NCBI GenBank assembly: GCA_041649715.1
Contig: JBAZMP010000003.1
Location: forward strand, 36,155 to 100,154
Direction of reading: 5' to 3'
Source of the DNA: Patescibacteria group bacterium
GTDB lineage: Bacteria > Patescibacteriota > Patescibacteriia > JAXHNJ01
DNA: 64,000 nt
The notes beneath the pieces were generated by a model. The model was not told the DNA's origin and ran no database searches. It saw nothing but the letters and a program-made list of their open reading frames with translations. The translations under genes and the position numbers were made by a program. How positions within the stretch are numbered: position 1 is the first letter of the stretch; the number at the start of each line of letters is the position of its first letter. Below are positions 57,519 to 64,000 of this stretch, in pieces.

Positions 57519-59739
57519 ATATATGCTTTTGTCCTCGGTATCCCTTCATTAGAAGCGCGTTCAAAACCACACTGACCGAAGAAAAAGCCATGGCGGCCGC
57601 GGCAAACGCCGGGTTTAAAAGCCAGCCGGTCAAAGGATATAAAACTCCCGCGGCAATGGGAATGGTAAAGATATTATAAATAAAAGCCCAAAAAAGATTC
57701 TGTTTGATTTTTTTCAGGGTATAATTGCTTAAATCCATCGCCTTTATCACCTGCCGCAGATCATCTTTGATTAAAATAATGTCTCCGGTTTCCATGGCCA
57801 CATCCGTGCCGGAACCTAAAGCCAGCCCCAAATCCGCCTGCGCCAAAGCTGGCGCGTCATTAATACCGTCGCCCACCATAGCCACTATTTTTCCGCCAGC
57901 TTGGAGTTTTTTGATTTCGGCGGATTTATCTTGGGGCAGCACTTCGGCTAATACCTTGTCAATTCCCACTTTTTCGGCGATCGCTCGGCCGACCCGTTTA
58001 TTGTCGCCGGTAATGATCATGACTTCCTTATTCATTTTATGCAGAAGATCGACCGCATCTTTTGAATTTTCTTTAAGAGTATCTGCGACACCAATTAACC
58101 CGATTATTTCCGAGTCGTGTGCGAGTATCATGGCCGTCTGCCCTTGATTTTCTAAAGCCGCCAGCTTATCCTCAACTAAGGAAAAATCAATCTCATTATC
58201 AAGCATTAATTTTCTGGTTCCTAATATAATATTATGATTGTTTAATTCGCCTGTAACTCCTTGGCCGGGTACCGCCTTAAAATTTTTAACCGCTGACATT
58301 TCAATTTTTTCTTCTTTCGCTTTTTTAACGATGGCTTGGGCCAAAGGATGTTCGGAATTATTCTCAATGGATGCGGCTATTTGCAGGATACTTTTAACCT
58401 TTAACTGTGAACTTGGAACCCGAAAAATTTCAGTGACAATCGGCTCTCCACGAGTTAAGGTGCCAGTTTTATCAAAAACAACCGTGTTAATTTTGTGGGC
58501 CGTTTCGAGAGCTTTGGCGTTTTTTATCAAAATCCCTTGTTGCGCGGCCAAACCCGTCCCCATCATTACCGCCACGGGGGTGGCCAGTCCCAAGGCGCAG
58601 GGGCAAGCGATGATTAAAACAGAAACCAGAACGGATAGGGCAAAAACTAAAGATTGACCGGCGATCAGCCAGACAATAAACGACAAAAGACTAAGGCCGA
58701 TTACGGCCGGCACAAAATAATAGGCGACTTTGTCGGCCAGGGCTTGAATCGGGGCCTTGGAGCCCATCGCCTCTTCCACTAAACGGATGATCTGTGAAAG
58801 CATAGTCGCTTCCCCGACCGCCAGGGCTTTTATTTTTAACACGCCGTTTTGATTGACTGTGGCTCCGATTACTTTGTCGCCGGCTCTTTTTTCTTTCGGC
58901 AGACTTTCGCCGGTAATCGCTTTTTCATCCACACTGGAATCACCTTCAACCACGACGCCGTCCACCGGGATTTTTTCGCCGGGTCTGACTAAAACAATAT
59001 CACCGATTTTAACTTCGTTTATTTTAATTCTTACTTCTTGGCCGTTTTTGATGATAACCGCTTCCTTTGCCTGTAAACCGGCCAGTTTTTTAACGGCCTG
59101 CCCCGTCCGGCCTTTGGTCAGGCCTTCTAGATATTTGCCTAACGAAATAAAAATCAAAATAAAAATTGCACTTTCATAATATATGGTAGGCATGCCAATG
59201 GATCCCTTGAGCAAGAAAATGACGGAAACAATTACGCTATAAAAATAAGCCACGACGGTGCCCATGAAAATCAAAGAATCCATGTTCGGCGATAATCTTA
59301 CTAATCCCTTGAGACCGGTGCGTAAAAGATTAAAATTTACGCTCATCACCATAGTCGCCAGAATAAATTCCGCATAAGGGCGGTAAGTCTCCCCTAAAAC
59401 CGGCAAACCGAGCATTTCTCCCATCACGAGATAAATAACCGGCAAGCCGAAAATCAGCGACAGGAAGAAACTTTTTCTTAATTTTTTCACGTCGCCGACT
59501 TCATGATGATGCTCGTGGCTATCCCCTTCCTCAACCACTCCATACCCCAGCTTCTTGATTTCCGACTTTATCTTATCCAGAGAGATCAAGTCCATATCAA
59601 ACTCTACTTGCGCTTTTTCCGAGGCGAAATTGATGTTAAAAAGTTTGATTCCCGGCATTTGGCGCAAAGCGTGTTCGATATTAACCGCGCAGGTCACGCA
59701 GCTCATGCCGGTTAATTTTATGCTGATTTTATGTATCAT
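57517..59739 (-). CDS. copA: Cu(+)-exporting P1B-type ATPase (start ATG 59739)
   Basis: [41 protein letters not shown] and MAFSS. Confidence 0.95.
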   Translation of the reverse strand: MIHKISIKLTGMSCVTCAVNIEHALRQMPGIKLFNINFASEKAQVEFDMDLISLDKIKSEIKKLGYGVVEEGDSHEHHHEVGDVKKLRKSFFLSLIFGLPVIYLVMGEMLGLPVLGETYRPYAEFILATMVMSVNFNLLRTGLKGLVRLSPNMDSLIFMGTVVAYFYSVIVSVIFLLKGSIGMPTIYYESAIFILIFISLGKYLEGLTKGRTGQAVKKLAGLQAKEAVIIKNGQEVRIKINEVKIGDIVLVRPGEKIPVDGVVVEGDSSVDEKAITGESLPKEKRAGDKVIGATVNQNGVLKIKALAVGEATMLSQIIRLVEEAMGSKAPIQALADKVAYYFVPAVIGLSLLSFIVWLIAGQSLVFALSVLVSVLIIACPCALGLATPVAVMMGTGLAAQQGILIKNAKALETAHKINTVVFDKTGTLTRGEPIVTEIFRVPSSQLKVKSILQIAASIENNSEHPLAQAIVKKAKEEKIEMSAVKNFKAVPGQGVTGELNNHNIILGTRKLMLDNEIDFSLVEDKLAALENQGQTAMILAHDSEIIGLIGVADTLKENSKDAVDLLHKMNKEVMIITGDNKRVGRAIAEKVGIDKVLAEVLPQDKSAEIKKLQAGGKIVAMVGDGINDAPALAQADLGLALGSGTDVAMETGDIILIKDDLRQVIKAMDLSNYTLKKIKQNLFWAFIYNIFTIPIAAGVLYPLTGWLLNPAFAAAAMAFSSVSVVLNALLMKGYRGQKHI

Positions 59740-59743
59740 AAAT

Positions 59744-61120
59744 TTAGTTTTTCGCCACCACCTCAATGGTGCCGACCACCATCCCCATCCAGCAGCTGAA
59801 TTTGTATTTGCCGGCAGGCGGCGGCTGAAATTCCTTGACACTCGTTTTCCCGACCGTCAAATCGATCTGCCCGAGAAAAAGGCTTTTTCCAATCACCTTG
59901 TTGGTACAGCCCGAAGTGCCGGTATCCTGGATCTCCCAACGGACCGGAATTCCTTCTTTAACTTTAAAATAATTCGGGAAATAACCGGCGGCCGAAGCCT
60001 CCATTTTTATGACCTGTTTGCCGGAGATTACAGGCGGGAAACCATCCTCGCTGGCCTGCGCCTGATTATTGGTTTTAAAGTTTAAATTGTTCAAAGAAGG
60101 CCAGCCCAAAACGTTAAATTGAGCGTTGAGGTTAAATAAGGCGAAAAACAAGACTAATACCCCGGCGGTTTTCAAAAAAAGATTGGCAAACTTCTTATGA
60201 CTGAAGAATTTCACGCCAGCCAGACCGATCAACAATAAAGGAATGGTCGTGCCTAAAGCGAAAAAAAACATAATTAAAGCGCCCTGCCAGAAACTGCCGG
60301 AAAGTAGTGCCAAGCCTTGACTAGTGATGGTAAAACCGCAAGGCAAGAAAAAAGTGGCTGCTCCGGCCAGCAAGGGAAAATACCGACCTTTGAATTTTCT
60401 TTCATCGCTTAGACGGCTAGTCAAACCCTTGGGCAAAGAAAATTGAAAAGCTCTTAGAGCTTTTACGCCCAGCATCTGCAGGCCCAGGAGAAACATCAAC
60501 ACGGAAACCGCCATCACCAAAATAGAGGTGAAAGTCAGGGATATTTTAAGCTGACCGCCAAGCACGCCTAAAACACCGCCCAAAACCGCATAAGAAATCA
60601 GCCGGCCGGCGTTAAACATCAAATGCGGCTGTAATTTTTTAAAAGTGGAATCCGTCTGGCCGTAAAGATCCAGCCATTGCTTGGACAAAGACAATATAAT
60701 CCCACCGACTAAAGCGGCGCAGGAGGTCAGACCGGCAAGCCCCCCGAAAGCGAAAAAAGTGGGCAGCGAGGACTGCGCCTGGACATTAACTAAGGAGCTG
60801 AAGCCCAGACGGTTCAGCAGGAAGAAAAACAAGATTATTCCCAAAGAAATTAGAGAAATTTTCAAAATACTTGTCTTAGATTTTTCCCCCATATTTTCTG
60901 CTTCTAACTCAAAAAAAGTGTAGCCGTCTTTTTGAAAAAGTTTATTTAAATCCGCTAACGAGGGAATTTCCCCTTCTATCGCTGCCTGCTCTTTTTTCAA
61001 GGAAACATTAACTTTCTTCACGCCTTTGATTTCAGAGATTTTTCTTTCCACCAATAAAACGCAGGATGAGCAGTGCATCCCTTTGATTCCGTAGATCTTT
61101 TTCCGAGTATTAATTTCCAT
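59744..61120 (-). CDS. HMA + DsbD_2/TauE-like membrane + cupredoxin-like domain protein
   Basis: GMHCSSC; [24 protein letters not shown]; C-terminal FSCWMGM. Confidence 0.88.
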   Translation of the reverse strand: MEINTRKKIYGIKGMHCSSCVLLVERKISEIKGVKKVNVSLKKEQAAIEGEIPSLADLNKLFQKDGYTFFELEAENMGEKSKTSILKISLISLGIILFFFLLNRLGFSSLVNVQAQSSLPTFFAFGGLAGLTSCAALVGGIILSLSKQWLDLYGQTDSTFKKLQPHLMFNAGRLISYAVLGGVLGVLGGQLKISLTFTSILVMAVSVLMFLLGLQMLGVKALRAFQFSLPKGLTSRLSDERKFKGRYFPLLAGAATFFLPCGFTITSQGLALLSGSFWQGALIMFFFALGTTIPLLLIGLAGVKFFSHKKFANLFLKTAGVLVLFFALFNLNAQFNVLGWPSLNNLNFKTNNQAQASEDGFPPVISGKQVIKMEASAAGYFPNYFKVKEGIPVRWEIQDTGTSGCTNKVIGKSLFLGQIDLTVGKTSVKEFQPPPAGKYKFSCWMGMVVGTIEVVAKN

Positions 61121-61393
61121 TTATTTGTTGCTGATTTTAGTCACCTTTAAAATCTCGGCGATCATTTCCTGCTTTCTCTTTTCGTTTTTGGCGGCCATGG
61201 CCGTTTTAAAACAGGTATTCAGGTGATTCTCCATCAGCATCTGATGGGCGGATTTTAGTAATCCGATCACCGCCAGATTCTGCTGCATGATGTCGATGCA
61301 ATAGCGGTCCTCTTCAACCATCCTGATAATCTTGGCGATTACGCTTCCCGCTTTCTTGAAATTAATGAGCGCATTTTCTTTTTGGCTAATCAT
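61121..61393 (-). CDS. csoR: CsoR/RcnR family metal-sensing repressor
   Basis: MVEEDRYCIDIMQQ..AV, HLNTC. Confidence 0.88.
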   Translation of the reverse strand: MISQKENALINFKKAGSVIAKIIRMVEEDRYCIDIMQQNLAVIGLLKSAHQMLMENHLNTCFKTAMAAKNEKRKQEMIAEILKVTKISNK

Positions 61394-61423
61394 AGATATT
61401 TTATTTATTAATTAACCTTATCC

Positions 61424-61477
61424 ACACCCCCACCATAGGTATAGGTATAGTATAATCCCTAATAATGCGGCGGTCAA
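61424..61477 (-). promoter_or_regulatory. cop operon promoter and probable CsoR operator
   Basis: TTGACC-17-TATACT; just downstream TACCTATGGTGGGGGTG, a C/G-tract pseudo-palindrome. Confidence 0.65.
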
Positions 61478-61487
61478 GTCCCCTGTT

Positions 61488-61600
61488 TAGATCGGATTAA
61501 GAATCCGATCTACTCGAACACGTACAAAATTGACTTGGTATTGCGTGAAGACGGGATTCAGAATCCCGCCAGCAGGGCAGGTCGGATTCTGAATCCGACC
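61488..61600. repeat. Cluster of three REP-like palindromes
   Basis: TAGATCGGATT-AAG-AATCCGATCTA; CGGGATTC-A-GAATCCCG; GGTCGGATTC-T-GAATCCGACC. Confidence 0.8.
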
Positions 61601-61661
61601 TTCTCAAATAAAAAAAGAAGACCCCTTTTTACGGAGTCCTCTTTTTATATCTATTTGTAAA

Positions 61662-62996
61662 TTATTTTTTCAGGAGGAAAGCGAGGCCGCTCAAACCGAT
61701 TAAAACGATCAAATAACTCGTGATATCGGTGCCGGCTTTGGGCAAAGTTTCCTCTTCTACTGTTTCAGCCGCTACCTGGGCGGTATCTTCCGCGCCGGCG
61801 ACCATACCTTCGACGACTTGATCTTTTATTTCGGTGGCGTTATCCGGTTGGCTGACAACGGCTGGCTCGTTCTTCGGCTCAGATTTGGGCTCATCTGAAG
61901 GAGCCGGTAAACCTTCTTCTTCCTCTTCTTCAACTGCTTCAACCACCGTATTTTCCTTATCATTATCTTCTGTCTCCTGATTTACGTCATTCGTATCATT
62001 ACCCTGGGGCTTAAGAAATTCATAACTCTGGCAAACGAAATCTGTATTGTAATAAAGCTCAAAAATTGCTTTGTCATTTTCATCGACAACTCCGCTCCTG
62101 TCAAAATCCGCTAACGAATTCTGGCCGGCCATATATTCGCTAAAGAAAGACAAGTCAGAAAGATTTACCTTGTAGTCGCCGTTAAAATCCGGGCAAAGAC
62201 CGACAAAATCTATTAGTCTTGACTCATCACAAGTAAAAGATTTGTGGAAATAGAGATTAAAAACCGCAAGGTCATAATCATTGACATAACCGTCGCCATC
62301 GAAATCGGCCAGCGCATGATAATTACCGGCGACGTTTATCTCCGAAGGATAATGACTGACAAACCAGGAGAAATCAGACAAATCAACTGAGTTAGATTCG
62401 TTGGTTTCCACAAAATTCGGAAAACAATCTAAGATTGGTTCTACCGGCGTGCTCACTCCCGTACCGACAGGCACAACGCAGACATAGTTCGTGTTGTAAT
62501 AAACCTCAAAGATAGCCGCGTCAAATTCGTCGACGTCGCCGTCCTGATCAAAATCGGCTTCACCGGTATTGTTTTCAGTTTTATAGGCGGAAAAATAACT
62601 AAGATCAGACAGATCCACAACTCCACTATTGTCATAATCCGGACAAAGAGTATTGAAGTTCGGCACATTCGGACAACCCGCAAACGGCTTGTTAGAATAA
62701 ATCTCAAAAATAGCCCGATCAAAACTATCCACATTACCGTCGCCGTTAACATCCGCTAAAGCATCATAATTGCCGCTTCCGTTTTCCACGGAAGGATAAT
62801 GTGTGCCGAAAAAGCCAAAGTCAGATAAATTGACGTTGCCGTCGTTGTTAAAATCCGGAAAACATCCTGTCCAAGGAGACGCCACCTGAGCCGAGGTTGA
62901 TTTAGGCGCCAAAAAGAGACCCAAGACCGTCATTGAAATGGCGAAAACCGCCACGCTGGCGATATTCAAGGCCTTACTAAGATTGATTTTTTTCAT
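61662..62996 (-). CDS. Surface protein with four dockerin-like Ca-binding modules and LPKAG sorting signal
   Basis: Signal peptide; repeats C.PDFN.DG.VNLSD..F...AD.DGDG.VD..D.AIF..Y; acidic linker; GMVAG..LPKAG, TM and KK. Confidence 0.82.
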   Translation of the reverse strand: MKKINLSKALNIASVAVFAISMTVLGLFLAPKSTSAQVASPWTGCFPDFNNDGNVNLSDFGFFGTHYPSVENGSGNYDALADVNGDGNVDSFDRAIFEIYSNKPFAGCPNVPNFNTLCPDYDNSGVVDLSDLSYFSAYKTENNTGEADFDQDGDVDEFDAAIFEVYYNTNYVCVVPVGTGVSTPVEPILDCFPNFVETNESNSVDLSDFSWFVSHYPSEINVAGNYHALADFDGDGYVNDYDLAVFNLYFHKSFTCDESRLIDFVGLCPDFNGDYKVNLSDLSFFSEYMAGQNSLADFDRSGVVDENDKAIFELYYNTDFVCQSYEFLKPQGNDTNDVNQETEDNDKENTVVEAVEEEEEEGLPAPSDEPKSEPKNEPAVVSQPDNATEIKDQVVEGMVAGAEDTAQVAAETVEEETLPKAGTDITSYLIVLIGLSGLAFLLKK

Positions 62997-63185
62997 AATT
63001 TTTCCCTTAGATTAGCTAATTATTATTAAATATTTACTTACTTGTTATTTAGTTATTCTAAGCTAAAATAGATAAGATAATATAGTATAACCCGTTATGT
63101 TAGCGCAAATTTCATTTATTGTCAAGGGGGTATTAAACGAAGAAACCCTCGGCCGTTTCCCCGGCCTTCGGGCTCCTTCTATATC

Positions 63186-63998
63186 TTATTCGATTTTTAC
63201 TGAATTATATTTCTTGGCTACCGCTACCTTTCTAAAGCCGTAAGCGCCGAAAGCCGCCACCGTGATCACTAAGACATACATCAGGTAATCCGTGACATTA
63301 CTGCCCGCTTGGGGCAGGGTTTCGTCACCGGCCACTTCGCCTTCATCCTCGGCGCCTAAAACCGCCCCTTTCTTGGTAATCGCAACGTCGGCCGTGTCCT
63401 TGACCGGCTTAAGGTCGTCGGCGGAAACCTGGGCGGTATTAGTGTAGGTGCCAGGCGTAACCGTCGTGCCCGCGGTCACCGTGTAAATGAAATTCATCTC
63501 TTCTCCGACCTTCAGATCATTGAAGAACCAGGAGCCGTCTGAACCGTCGTCATAAGTGAAACCGGCCGGCATGTTGTCCGCTAACCGGACATTATAAGCG
63601 GTGGCGGTCCCTGTATTCTCTATGGTCACGATATAATTGATCTTGCTGCCGGGATAATAAGTGCCGGCTTCCACGGATTTTTCAATCGTGAGTTTGGGAG
63701 AGGTGATCTCCGGCGTTACCGGCGGAGGCAGAGGCTCGGGTTCCGGCTCCACAATGGTGCAGGTGGCCGAGCAGGTCTGGTCGCCGGTGGCACCATCGGT
63801 ATTATCACATTCCTCTGCGCCGTTCTTGATGTTATCGCCGCAGTACGGGACCGTTTCCAAAAGACATTGATCAGTGCAAGTTTGGTGCTCTCCGACGCCA
63901 TCCGTGTTATCGCACTCTTCCGCGCCGTTCTTGATGTTATCGCCGCAAGATGGCCCGGTTACCTCGGCGTAATCGCAAGCCGTGGTGCAATATTGGCA
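63186..63998 (-). CDS. 5'-truncated surface protein: Cys-rich repeats + DUF11 + LPQAG sorting signal
   Basis: Frame is open to the window edge. CGDNIKNGAEECD occurs twice, then L.IEKSV..PG..INY...NTG and GAVLG..GEVAG..LPQAG with TM. Confidence 0.85.
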   Translation of the reverse strand, partial: CQYCTTACDYAEVTGPSCGDNIKNGAEECDNTDGVGEHQTCTDQCLLETVPYCGDNIKNGAEECDNTDGATGDQTCSATCTIVEPEPEPLPPPVTPEITSPKLTIEKSVEAGTYYPGSKINYIVTIENTGTATAYNVRLADNMPAGFTYDDGSDGSWFFNDLKVGEEMNFIYTVTAGTTVTPGTYTNTAQVSADDLKPVKDTADVAITKKGAVLGAEDEGEVAGDETLPQAGSNVTDYLMYVLVITVAAFGAYGFRKVAVAKKYNSVKIE

Positions 63999-64000
63999 GG

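Noticed and set aside
63078-63105. dif-like site (ATAA-CCCG-TTATGTTA)
   Set aside because: Spacer is 4 nt rather than 6 and the left arm is poor; it overlaps a probable promoter.
63817-63947. 26-nt direct repeat GCGCCGTTCTTGATGTTATCGCCGCA
   Set aside because: Coding duplication of the Cys-rich module CGDNIKNGA.
1-64000. CRISPR array, cas genes, rRNA, integrase, transposase, reverse transcriptase
   Set aside because: No regularly spaced repeats with unique spacers and no diagnostic motifs in any ORF.

Overview
About 64 kb of bacterial chromosome in standard genetic code. Gene content and style point to a Patescibacteria/CPR genome, probably Parcubacteria-like; this is an inference from the archaeal-type pyrH, the type IV pilus cluster, sortase with DUF11 surface proteins, a DUF5667 protein and many start codons lacking a Shine-Dalgarno (SD). 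Housekeeping genes include rplJ-rplL with the L10 leader, pyrH, mltG, manC, pcm, uppP, mutM, ispG, queH, rarA, uppS and tRNA-Pro(CGG). The window also holds a pilB-pilC-pilin operon, a 1481-aa surface protein with its sortase, three ABC exporter pairs, a PspC/LiaF-like membrane cluster and a csoR-copA copper operon. The most unusual items are: (1) an AT-rich gene fusing a nucleoside 2-deoxyribosyltransferase-like domain to a polyprenyl-synthase-fold domain; (2) a 57-aa bacterial histone missed by the ORF track, followed by a ~95-nt rod hairpin; (3) an intact tRNA-Pro nested inside a palindrome-interrupted degenerate copy of itself; (4) six self-contained promoter-SD-ORFan-terminator cassettes, one encoding a secreted protein with a TWGxIKxxYR tail I associate with non-CPR phyla; (5) candidate sRNAs, one with exposed anti-SD motifs; (6) a GxGD intramembrane protease-GDPD fusion. 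No CRISPR array, rRNA, transposase or integrase was seen. All calls come from reading motifs by eye; no database search was run.
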